From Octopus bimaculoides (lineage: Eukaryota): DNA of 64,000 nt. A model generated the notes under the pieces. That model saw only the letters and a program-made list of their open reading frames with translations. It made no database searches and was not told where the DNA came from. Every line of letters begins with the position of its first letter. Within the stretch, counting starts at the first letter, position 1. Positions 26,801 to 38,079 of the stretch are shown piece by piece. Location: contig NC_068981.1 in assembly GCF_001194135.2 (NCBI RefSeq), positions 3,156,672-3,220,671 on the forward strand, in the 5' to 3' direction. Made by a program: the position numbers and the translations under genes.

Positions 26801-29800
26801 GATGCTAAAGGGTTGAATGATGATATTTAAAGAGTTTCTCATTTTTAATTTTTTTAATTGCATCTTTTTTTTTTTTTCTTTTCAGTTTTTGAAGTGAACA
26901 ACATCCTTGGATTGGAACGAACTGTTGCTGGGCTATGGCGAATGGGTGGCGTAAATGTTGTATGTACACCGTTGCGCACCTATGAAGCTGTGGCTCAATT
27001 TCTTGGTGTTGACGGATCTTTAATCTCACCTACTGTAGCACCTTTGCAGTCAGTTGAAAAAAGTCTATATTGGTTAGAATGTTTGGGCAATCCTGGCTGT
27101 AAGTACAGCTTATTTCATTTTGTTTTGTTACATTAACCAGAGTGTTATCCGTCATTTGATAGGGAACTTTGGAAGTACTCTTTTGCCACCATGGGTAACA
27201 ACCAGGGAAAATGGCATACATACAAAAGAATTATAGTTTAACTCTTATCAAATTTCTTGGTGCTTACATAAAATGGTGAAATGAATAAGTTTTGAATGAA
27301 AAATCATCACCATCCTCATTTAACATCCGTTTTCCATGCTGGCATGGGTTGGATGGTTTGACTGTAAACTGGTAAGCTGGGGAGCTGCACCAGGCTCCAA
27401 TCTGATCTGGCAATGTTTCCACAGCTGGATGCCCTTCCTAATGCCAACCACTCAGGAGAGTGTAGTTAGTGCTTTTTACATGCCACCAGCATGGGTGCCA
27501 GTTATGTAACACCGGCATTGGTCACAACTATGATCTCACTTGGCTTGACAAATCTTCTCAAACAAGGTATATTGCCAAAGGTCTCGGTCACTTGTCACGG
27601 CCTCCGTGAGGCCCAATGCTCGACTGGTGCTTTTTTATGTACCACCAGAACAGGTGCCAGTGATGTGACACTGGCAAAGGCCATGACTACAATTTCCTTT
27701 GGCTTGATGGGTCTTCTCAAGCACAGCATATTACCAAAGGTCTCAGTCTCTTGTCATTGCTTCTGTGGAGGCCCAATATTCATTTTTAAATATTGTAAAT
27801 CTTTAGACAAATTCCTGCACAGGAAGTTCTTATAACAACAAACAGAGGATGGACCTTTCAAAAGTGGTTGCTATTTTTGTCGGGGTTTGGCTATCATGTG
27901 TCTCTGTAATGATGAAATGCCATCACTTCCACAGTTTCCATAGTAATGAGGATAAACCAGAAGTGTAGTATAGGCAGGGAAAGTTACTGATCCTGGGTCA
28001 CTCAGGTAATAATGTTGTCCATTGTTGTTGCACTTTGAGAAATGATGGCTGTGTCTCAGAAGGCATACTCGGACACAAGCTGACATTCACTACGTTGGCA
28101 AGTATGGTGAAATCTATGTTCTGCTGAGGAAATATGAGAAGACAGAAGCATGTCTGGAATTGTCTTAAAACAAATCTCTCTTTTGTATAGCTCCTCCCAT
28201 AACTACTGTCATTTATTCCCTCTCCTCCTCTCTTGTCCTTATGGTTCTTTCTCTCTACTCATCCTACACCTCTTATGTTAGCTCCCTCTGTGTCTATCTT
28301 TTACTCTCTCTCTCTCTCCTTCTTCCCTCATTTTTTACAATGTAGAAAGCTTTGGAGAAATCCACTAACCTGCATTTCTATTGACTGCTGGGCCAGATTA
28401 AGACCCATGGAGGCCCTAAGCACTTAAAAGATTTTGGTGTCCCCACTTATAGATGTCATTCAAAATATAAACAATGATAAACCATAAAATAAATTTTCAT
28501 TCTTCAAAATGAATCAAAACATTGAAATTCCCTCTTTATTTATATTTGAAAAGTTTTTTCCTATTTTTTTTTAATTGCAAAGTCTTTGATCACCATGAAC
28601 ACTATGAAATTATATTCCTGGTCACATAAATCACTTTGAATATTATTTTAGCAAATTCAGTGATTTATTTTGTGCTGTAAACCATTTACAATTTCTGTGG
28701 TACCCCTTGATGCTCTAAGCACTTCCTTATTTTGCTGATTGGCTATTATTAATTAGTATATAGAAATAATTGTTACATTTTCTATTCATTACCTTTTGCC
28801 AGTATGAATTTGTTAATTCTTTTTTTTTTTTTCTGAATTAAAAAAAATTTGCATGAATTCTTGGAACTGGTTAACTACTCCATGATGAAGAAGTTGTATA
28901 TCTTGGTTAGGGCTCTCGAGACAGGTAATGTGTAAAGTCACATCTGGAGGAAAATTTTAGAATTCTATCTCCCCCCACCTCCTTTTAATCAGTTACCCAT
29001 TATTCTAATTACTTTCACATGATTAAACCTCCATGTTTCTCTTTGCTGGAATGAATTAAATGTTTGTTACTCACAAGCTCTTCTAACTACTAGTATCTTT
29101 CTCAGACCTAATTCAAAGTTTTTCTTATATCTGTTACTTGGATTTAATCTTGTATTAATATTTAAGTTTTGATAAATATATCCTTTTTTGTAATTAACAA
29201 CTGTTACCCCTAATTTCCATCTCATTGCTCATAAATTGTTTTATTTATTTCCCATCAGCCTTTGCAAATCTCTCACTGTTACTACTCTGCATTAATCACT
29301 AAAAGTCTCTCTCTCAGTCTTAACTGTAAGTTTTGGCAGTCATTGCTCAACCCACCCCAATCACTTTGCTCCCCGCCACCCTTTTTCGGTTAATCTCTGA
29401 AAAATTTGTTTCATTTGTCAGCTGTTCTTTTAGTCATAGGAGCTGTTTTGCACTTTGTGAGCTACAAGGTAACCCTACAAGTGTTGGTGCCATGACAAAA
29501 TGCACCTTGTACACTGTAAGTGGTTTCCAAATTGATTGAGCAGCAACACTGCAGGACTTGAGAGGGCTCTTTAGATATGCTGAGGATAAGGCAACTTCTA
29601 TAGTGCTGGTGTCATGAAAAAAAAAAGTGCCTTGCACACTCTGTAAAGTAGTTGGTATTGGAAAGGACATTCAGCTGTAGAAACCATGTCAAATCAAGTA
29701 AGACGTTGTTCTCCTATTTGTTGAATCTTCTAACTCATACCAGCATGGGTAAATGGATGTAAAAGGATGATAATTCTACAAGTTAGTGAAACACTTTCTA

Positions 29801-32800
29801 GCTCTTTTGTTATTTTGGTTGGAGATATGCTGTGCTTGAGAAGACCGAGCAAGCCAAGTGAGACCATAGCCATGGTCTAGGCCACTGTCGCATAACTGGC
29901 CCATTCAAGAGTACCCTTCAATCATTGGGCAATATGCTGTGCTTTCGAAGACCTGTTGAGCTAAGTGAAATTGTTGTGGTTGTTGCCGGTGCTGCCTGAC
30001 TGGCATCTGTGTTGGTGGCATGTAAAAGCACTATTCAAGTGTGGTTGATGCCAGTACAACCTTACTGGCTCCCGTGCTGATAGAAAGTAAAAAGCACCCA
30101 CTACACTGAGTGGTTGGCATTAGGAAGGGCATCCAACTGTAGAAACCTTGCCAGATCAGATTGGAGCCTGGTGCAGCCTCATGACTTGCTAGTCCTCACT
30201 CAAACTGTCCAACCCATGCCAGCATGGAAAGTAGATGTTAAACAATAATGATGATTCTCTAAGCAAATTTTGCTTTTGCTGTTTGATAAAAAAAAATCTG
30301 ATATTTTTCTTCATCATTTTATTTTGTGTAAGATTGCAGTGCTCAGTCTTTCTGACTTGCACTGGAGATTGACAAAAAGAAGCTACTGGTATATATTGCA
30401 TGGACAGTTTTAAAAATCCCCACCTATTTTAACACAGCCCTCTGTGTACTTAATATACATTCACTGCTGAGGGGCAAGTTGCTGTGGGTTGTCATCTGAG
30501 ATAAAATCTCTTATGGATATACTGTGTTTAAAAAGGCAATATATAGCAGAAAGAGACAAAACAACCTTCATGGCACAGCTAATGAGAACACCAGATGCAT
30601 TTTGGCTTTGTTTCGCCTTGTCAATGATGTCTGCTTGCAGCCAGCCACATGCCTAGTGAGATTTGTCACCTCTGATACAGAAAACAATGAATAGATAATC
30701 TGGTGTATACAAGTATTAAACTGAAATAGCTGTGTGTTTATCATATTTAAAATCATATATACACCATTGACAGGCAAGTTAGTGCAGTTTTTGCCTAAGA
30801 TAAAATCTCTAATAGATGTACTGTGTTTAAAAATACAATGTATATCAGTGGGACTGTTGCTCACCTTAAAATAGTTACCTGTGTATCATACTAAATGTAT
30901 ATACTCTGTTGAAAGGCATGATGCTGTGGTTTTTGCCTGAGAGAAAATCCTTTCATAGACTTGTGTTAAAAACACCAATATATATTGGAATGAAATGGGC
31001 ATCATTGCACCAGTGACTCATGTTCAGTGGTATTTGCTGGAGCTAGCCAGGCTGTAGAAAACTTCAGTGAACACAATCGAAACATTAAATTAAAATAGCC
31101 ACCTATTTTTCATACTAAATGTATATACACTCCAGAAAGTTACAAGTTTTGTTTAGGTATGTGATAAATTGGTACATGTTACTGACAAGCCTCAAAAAAG
31201 GTGAAATGCATCTGTTGTTCTCATGATGTTCATTCTGCATTACTATGTATATTGTGCTTTTATCACCTGTGTGAAGAGATTTTCTCCCTGACAAAAAACA
31301 CGGCCACAGGGTCTTTTTACATTTAGATGATTGTTTTAATTTAATGGTGCTTTTTATGGTGGCATGTAAAAAGCACCATTCGAGCATGGTGATTGCCAGT
31401 GCTGCCTGACTGGCTCCCGTGGCACATAAAAAGAACCATTTGAGCATGGTTGATGCCAGTACTTCCTGACTGGACCTTGTGCTGGTGGCACATAAAAAGC
31501 ACCCACTACACTCTCAGAGTGGTTGGCATTAGGAAGGGCATCCAGCTGTAGAAACATTGCCAGATCAAATTGGAGCCTGGTGCAGCCTTCTGGCTCGCCA
31601 GCCCTCAGTCAAACCATCCAACCCATGCCAGCATAGAAAGCAGACGTTAAACAATGATGATGATGATGTCTTAATTGCATATGTCGACTTTAATTTAGTC
31701 ATGATATAAACTTTTTAGGAAATGGTCTTCCTCCAATTGTAGATAATTTTCATTTACTTTTGCAAGATTTGGTGGCTTTTCAATGCATCTGTCCCCCTCC
31801 TCCCTTTTTTTAAACATGCTATTATCTGGTTGTGTTGTTTGGAGATAGATCTCTATATTGTTATCTTTGTGATTATGCAGAGAGAAGCGTATTTCATCTT
31901 ATTAATTATTCACATATAATTTCTGAATTACTCTAAAACACCCCTCTTGTTTTTTTTTTTAAGAATCTAATTTTGATTAAATATTATAGCTATGTATCTT
32001 CACTATAGCAAGACACTTTATGCTTGCCCCTTTCATATGTTCCCCCTTCCGATACTTGACATAAAACCACATCCCTTTCCCCCAGACTCTGCCCCCCCCC
32101 CCTCGCCAGCTGAAGGGATCTTTTTCCTGTCTTTGCAAGTTACTTGGCAACCTCACTAATGCTGGTAGCACAAAAAGAGCATCCAGTACACACTGTAAAG
32201 TGGTTGGTGTTAGGAGGGCATCCAGCTGTAGAACCCTTGCTGAAGCAAACATTGGAGCACAATACAACTCTTTGACTTGCCAGATCCTCTCAGACTGTCC
32301 AAGCCATGCCATCCTGGAAAGCAGACATTAATTGGTAATGATAATGATGAGAAAGCTCCTTTTTAATCAGGGATGTAGATTTAATCTGTATTCTTGAATG
32401 GATATTATATTAGCTTTTGAAATTAAACTGTCTGAGCTAATAATCACTTAATCTTAATCCAAGCTGTACTATATCCATTAAACTTCTTTCTTCTGTCTGA
32501 CCAAAAATAGTTGTCCCATCTTTTTTATTATTGCTTGCATTAGAACAGTGTCTGACGGAGTGTAAATGTCCATATTTACCTCAAATCCTAGTATTAAATA
32601 AATGAAAATGTAAAACAGCATCCCCTGTTATAAAAATAAATGCCATTGTGCAAATATATTTTATATTTTTAGGTAAAATACAATATATTGATTTGTAGTT
32701 TGAAAAAAAATTTTTTTTTTTAAAAAGATTTATTGTAATATGTTTTCGTTTCAGGTGACACAGTGAATGAAACTCTTGAGAAATGGAAAGATGGTGCTTC

Positions 32801-34019
32801 AGTTGTACTGAGCTACCGAGCTCAACAACATCTTGAGATGGACATCTACAAAGTTGTGGCTGAACAAAAGGTGAAGAAACTTTTATTTTTAAAAATAATT
32901 TGGTTCATTTCATTAGTCTTGACCTGCACTTGGGTAGCTCTTATAACACATTATATGGCACATTTAATATCATTATATAACAGTTTTTTTTACTAAAATT
33001 TTGTAACATAATTACTAGGTCTGGTTTGGTTAATTTAAATGATTTCATTTCTTTCTCTCCCTCTCATTCATTCAGGATTTTTCACAATAAAGGTTTGGTG
33101 GAACTGGTTGATTTCCTGAATTATCAATCAGTGAAAATATAACCATTTATGATGTTTGTTAAATTATTCTTTTAGTAGCGCCACCTGATTTATATTGTCA
33201 CATGAAGCCATGTTAGCCAAAGGTTGCTCACGATAGTGGAATAGCTTTGTGTGTTTACATTCAGATTGTCACTTTTTTTATTTATCAGTCATATTTAATT
33301 AGTCTAGATCCTAAATTTAATTTGTGAGAGGTATTTGAAATTAGCTGATCAGGAGTGGTGGGACTTGTCAAGGGCTCCATTTAGGGTCAGATAGCAGAAG
33401 ATGGTCCTGTGGCTCAACAAATACAGGTCTTATAGATGTCACATGTGCTCATTAGTCTGTGGACATACTTTAATGTCGTGTGAACTTGGTCCTCTGGCAT
33501 AAGGGCTAAATAGGCCCTATACCTCAAGAGCCTAGTTAAGTAAGCTGGCAGAAGGCAACAGGGAACCACTGCTGTATCTTGCCCAAGGAAAATCATGAAT
33601 TTTTTCAGTTTGTTGAAGAGGTCCCTAATTGCCAACCCTTGTATGGCACAAGGGAGAGAATGAATGAGAGACAGAAATTTTCAGCAATATTTTAATCAAA
33701 GGATAATTAGAGAAACCAGGAATTTGTTTTAAAGAACTATTTGTTCTTGACATTTGCTGTGATTTTGCCTTCTTAAATTAAATGTCTTTTGTTGTTTAGT
33801 GTGAAAACTCACTTTATTAATGTATTTGAATTGATTATTTTTTCTTTTCTTTTTATATTTTAGTTTCACTTATTCCTGGCTGTAGAAGACCCTGGCGACG
33901 TCGATAAACTCTCCTTTATGTTGTCCTCAGTTTTGACACCATACGGAGTGAAAATCCATTGCCGAGCTCTTCAAGTCTTAGATGATTACTCCAAAAAAGT
34001 GATGAAGGAAAATTTGTAG
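13352..34019 (+). CDS. Five-exon gene, join(13352..13489,15448..15475,26886..27098,32755..32870,33864..34019), 216 aa, tandem muconolactone-isomerase-like (MIase/CatC-fold) domain protein
   Basis: Spliced CDS 138+28+213+116+156=651 nt, ATG to TAG, no internal stop, all introns GT-AG with matching phases (0,1,1,0). Protein: MNSRLYLLDVSVQMYREGTNLHGSMEKIAIMLAGYSNATRPIYRFKVSGEGRVLAVFEVNNILGLERTVAGLWRMGGVNVVCTPLRTYEAVAQFLGVDGSLISPTVAPLQSVEKSLYWLECLGNPGCDTVNETLEKWKDGASVVLSYRAQQHLEMDIYKVVAEQKFHLFLAVEDPGDVDKLSFMLSSVLTPYGVKIHCRALQVLDDYSKKVMKENL. An internal repeat is visible by eye. The gene model is well supported; the fold call is a by-eye comparison with recalled CatC sequences. Confidence 0.85.
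15448..15475 (+). CDS. Gene 1 exon 2, 28-nt microexon (VSGEGRVLA)
   Basis: Acceptor tttttgtag|, donor CAG|gtatgt. Joins exon 1 (phase 0) to exon 3 (phase 1) in frame. Confidence 0.85.
20764..20990. mobile_element. piggyBac-like MITE (related at 18310-18495, 19170-19362, 25553-25770, 26640-26816; other families at 23718-23946, 34672-35176)
   Basis: AACCCTTTAGCATT ... AATGCTAAAGGGTTAA TIRs ending at TTAA. Confidence 0.75.
22515..22893 (+). mobile_element. tRNA-SINE family C, near full length (other copies near 5710-6065, 16690-16950, 19870-20760, 21520-21890, 47165-47505, 51620-52365, 53195-53530)
   Basis: Head GTGTGGTAAG...GGTTCAGTTCC, CORE-like CCTTGGGCAAGTG, (TG)n middle, tail GACTGAAACAAGTAAAAGA. 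Confidence 0.85.
26886..27098 (+). CDS. Gene 1 exon 3 (FEVNNILGLER...CLGNPG)
   Basis: Long poly-T tract ending ttcag|, 213 nt open, donor GGCT|gtaagt. Lies within ORF 26858..27136. Confidence 0.92.
27305..27780 (-). mobile_element. RTE LINE 3'-end repeat, family A (other copies near 4140, 6415, 17705, 19440, 21060, 22240, 26110, 29800, 31330, 32040, 37060, 50770, 55800)
   Basis: Shared ...CCATGCCAGCATGGAAA.CGGA.GTTAAA(TGA)n end. The copy at 58985-59660 is continuous with an RTE ORF C-terminus. Confidence 0.8.
30420..31135. repeat. Diverged minisatellite, 3-4 units of about 130-150 bp
   Basis: Recurrent ...gcct.agataaaatctct.at.gat.tactgtgtttaaaaa... at about 30495, 30795 and 30935, plus a partial unit at 31092. 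Confidence 0.65.
32755..32870 (+). CDS. Gene 1 exon 4 (DTVNETLEKW...VAEQK)
   Basis: Acceptor ttttcgtttcag|, 116 nt, donor AAG|gtgaag. Overlaps ORF 32763..32996. Confidence 0.9.
33864..34019 (+). CDS. Gene 1 terminal exon (FHLFLAVEDPG...KENL*)
   Basis: Pyrimidine-rich acceptor ttttatattttag|, 51 codons, then TAG at 34017-34019. Confidence 0.9.
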   Translation, partial: FHLFLAVEDPGDVDKLSFMLSSVLTPYGVKIHCRALQVLDDYSKKVMKENL

Positions 34020-34026
34020 TTTACCA

Positions 34027-34032
34027 AATAAA
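34027..34032 (+). promoter_or_regulatory. Candidate polyadenylation signal AATAAA (second candidate at 34371)
   Basis: AATAAA just after the gene 1 stop. The hexamer is common in AT-rich DNA, so support is weak. Confidence 0.25.
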
Positions 34033-36695
34033 TTCCTTTGTTTTTACCAATGCCTTATTGTTTCATTATTAATGACAATATTTCGCTTATTTCTATGCAG
34101 TTATGGTGTTTGTTAATATGTACATAGGAGGTTAAACAACATATTTAGTCTTCTCAGTGTGACTTATAATTTAGGTTTGCAATTTTTCAAATGGAATAAT
34201 ATTTTGTTTTCAGAGTTTGCCTTATCTGGATTGTAAATAACTATCATCATCATTGCAATGAATATCATATCATCTGAATTCATGTTTGCATGAGTCAGAT
34301 AGAGTTCAGTGAAGGAGACTTTCTATAGTTGGATGCCTTTCCTGTTACCAACCTTCACCTGTTTCCAAGTAATAAAATGAAGTAAAAACTGTCAAGACCA
34401 CATATTTAAGAAGATAAAAATGAAGTAAAAACTGTCAAAACCACATATTTAAGAAGATAAAGTGTTTTCTGGGTTGATGTTCAATACTAGGTTACCAAAA
34501 TCCATGTGTTATCTTACAAATCAGAAACAACATTGCAGATTCCTTTCAAGCTGTATGGATAGGGTGTTCATTGTGTACAAAACTGTCTTTAACTGTTTTG
34601 TTACCATACTGCTGTTGAAAAACTGCTGCATTTATAACAATGAAAAATTTAGTGAAATAAGTTTGTCCTTATTAACCCCTTGCCTGCCATAGGCCCCATT
34701 TGGGGATCTGCTAAAAACAGTCTCCCTGCCGGTTCGTTGTATTTAAAGTAAATTGCTTATGTGCATTGCATTTGCAGAGGTGTGTTTAACAATATTTAGT
34801 AGTTAAAGTTTGTCATTATTAGCTCTGGTTAATTCTAGAGGACATTTTATGTCGTAAATCGCAATTGTTGAACTACAAAAATATTGACGGTTTTGAAAAC
34901 GTTTTTTTTTTTTTTTTGTATTTCCCATCTATATCATTTATTAATATTTGAGACTATAGTTTCAAAAATAAAATGTTTATTATTGCAATTTAATAGAAAA
35001 GGATAAATGTGCTTTTATCCAGCAATCCCCATTTGGGACTTTTTGAAAAATTTATCATAATTTCCAAATTAATTCACATATGAAGGAAATTTAAATACTA
35101 TATATTATTTTAACTCCTCAGACACCTGGCAAGGCCAAAAAATATGAATAAAAAAATTTGGCAGTTAATGGGTTAAGCTGGCGTTTGGAACATAAATTAA
35201 TATAATGCTTTAATGGAAAGTTTAATTTAGATCATTTTAATCTTTTTGTCACCATATTTCACTTGAAATACACTGTCTTAGGGTCAGTTTGGAACATTAA
35301 CTCGAAATTTTGAGAGAAGGTTTTAATGTAGATCACTTCGAAACAGGAAGTTTGTGTTGTAAAACTAGAGGAAATCTCTTCTAAATCAAAACATAATTTT
35401 AGCCAAAAGAGGCAAGCTGAATTTTGTGACAGTAGGCTAACAGTTGGCTTTGATGCTTATCCAATGTTTATATCTATTTCTTAAACGTTCAATACTAGGT
35501 TACCAAAATCCATGTGTTATCTTACAAATCAGAAACAACAATGCAGATTCTTTTCAAGCTGTAATGGATAAAGAAGGGAGCAAACTCTTACAAACGTTTT
35601 GCCTGTCAATTCACTGTTTAAAATACAAAGCAGGATAGAAAAATCTCCAATATCTTAAACGACCATAGGTGTGACCAAGTGAGGTCAATCAATATGTTAC
35701 ATATTTAATTGATAGTTAAACAATATTGTTATTGTTAAATTTATATTTATTGTAAGCAAATCAAAGAAAAAGATCCCATCACCTTCAACATAAACCTGGA
35801 CAAATTTCTTCAAGAGATACCAGATAAGCCACCTACACCTGGATACATCTCAGTGAACTACAACTCCCTACATGAATGGGCCATGATACCACAAAACTTG
35901 ACGTGGCAGGTCTTGTCAGATGATGCTATTAAATTAGACATGGCCTGGGCCAATTTTAGGCTGAAATATATCTAAATGCAAAATTTGTTTTATTTAATTT
36001 TCATCATCAGTTTATGTCAACTTTTCCATGTTGGAAATGAAGACACGTGGCTTAGTTTGTTTGGGTACTGCTCACATGATTGCAAGATGGTGGTTTCATT
36101 TCCTGGAGAGGTTAGTGTATTGTGTTCTTGAGCAATACATACATACCTGCATACACACACATACATATGAAAGTCTATCAAATTTATTCACAAAGCATTG
36201 GTTGGCCTCTGAGGTTAAAGTCAAAGACACTTGTGCAAGTGGGACTGAACCCAAAGCCATGTAGTTAGGAAGCAAATTTCTTAACCACACAGCTGTGCCT
36301 GCACCTCTATATTATTTTGAAAACTAGTAGTGACTTCATTGATTTATATAAACACCATCATTTAGTCCATTTTCCAGGTTGGTATGAGCAAGACAGCTTG
36401 ACAGAATCCAGAAAGCTGCAGGGCTACATCAAGCTCCAATGTCAAGTTTGTCATGGATACCCTTCCTAATGCCAACCTCTTACAATGTCTACTGGGTGTT
36501 TTTTTCTTCTTTCTTGTGTCACTAGGACTACTGAGGTACACTATGTAACTTGCAAAATAAGAAGAGAACGGGAAGAAAAGGAGGAAAAAGAAAAAGTCTC
36601 TTCAACTCAATGATAAAAGAGTATTGGGGAGAAGCAGTGTTTCTATGCTAGGTGGTGAGAGGTTAAAGTGTGATGGAGGGACAGACACAAGTGGC

Positions 36696-37294
36696 TTGCT
36701 ATGGAGGAGATATAAGGCTACCCCACACTATATAAAGATGGGTGGTAACAGCTGGATAGAAGATAGAGATAGTGATGGCTAAATGCCAGAGCATCTCAAG
36801 ACAGAGAAAATTGAAAAAAAGTAAAATTATAATTATGCAACATTACATCAGCGTTTCTCAACCAGGGTTCCCTGGAACCCCAATGTTCCGCAAAAGGTTC
36901 CTAGGGGTTCTCTGAGAAAGAGTGAGATAAGCAAATGCTAATTTCATGATCGTAATATTACTATACATGCACAACATATTGTAATATTATAATATAGACA
37001 TCATCCTGTCTAACCTATTATGTTATCAAAAAAATATAACAACCACATACATATACATATCATCATCATCATCATTTAACGTCTGCTTTCCATGCTAGCA
37101 TGGGTTGGACGATTTGACTGAGGACTGGTGAACCAGATTGCTGCACCAGGCTCCAATCTGATTTGGCAGAATTTCTACAGCTGGATGCTCTTCCTAACGC
37201 CAACCACTCTGAGAGTGTAGTGGGTGCTTTTATGTGCCACCGGCACGAGGTCCAGTCTGGCGGTACATACATAGATATACATACATAGATAGAT

Positions 37295-37337
<43 letters not shown>

Positions 37338-37745
37338 AGAAAATAGGGATAATTAAATTAATAATTATTTATTAACTACAAAGATTGTTATATTTTTTGA
37401 TAACATAATAGGTTAGATAGGATGATGTCTATATTATAAAATTACAATAACCAATAATATGTTGTGTATGTATAGTAATATTACGATCATGAAATTAGCA
37501 TTAGCTTATCTCACTCTTTCTCAGAGAACCACTACGAACCCTTTGCAGAACACTAGGGTTCCAGGGAACCCTGGTTGAGAAACGCTGATATAATATTACA
37601 TAATTATAATTTTACTTCTTTTCCATTTTCTTTCTGGTGTCTTGAGATGCTCTGGCATTTGGTCATTACCATCATTGTCTTCTTTCCAGCTGTTACCACC
37701 CATCCTTATATAGTGTGGGGCAGCCTTGTATCTCCTCCATAGCAA
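36696..37745. repeat. Long inverted repeat, arms 36696-37042 and 37385-37745
   Basis: Arms match in reverse complement over about 350 bp (e.g. cgtttctcaaccagggttccctggaacc / ggttccagggaaccctggttgagaaacg). Confidence 0.9.
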
Positions 37746-38079
37746 TTGTAATTAACAAATAATTATTAATTTAATTATCACTATTTTCTTAAAAATATAT
37801 ATAAACCCCGGTTTATCCAATCACCTTACAGTTGAATACTAAATGTAATATTCAATACAGTTTGTAATTGGTAATAAACCAGTATATTCATTGGATTTTA
37901 TTACGCCTTAATGAGGTTTTTAACCTTTAATTGAACTTTATATATATGATATTTATCATATGAACTACAATGAAAAAATTTGAGAAATATATGGTATATC
38001 ATTTTTTTGTACAGGGGTTCCTTGAGACATGCAATTTATTTTAAGGGTTATGCAAAGGTAAAAAGGTTGAGAAACACTG
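36849..38079. mobile_element. hAT-like non-autonomous element (related at 22440-23100, 56923-57163)
   Basis: TIRs CAGCGTTTCTCAACC ... GGTTGAGAAACACTG. Confidence 0.7.

Noticed and set aside
27849-27968. 39-aa ORF MDLSKVVAIFVGVWLSCVSV..., signal-peptide-like
   Set aside because: Short, lies directly after a repeat, and has no splice or promoter support; the expected chance level in 64 kb is high.
28849-28924. Exon-like stretch LHEFLELVNYSMMKKLYILVRALET with donor CAG|gtaatg in intron 3
   Set aside because: There is no in-frame AG acceptor; the alternative frame LLHDEEVVYLG would need a GT-AC intron. Direct splicing 27098 to 32755 keeps the frame and matches the length of repeat 1.
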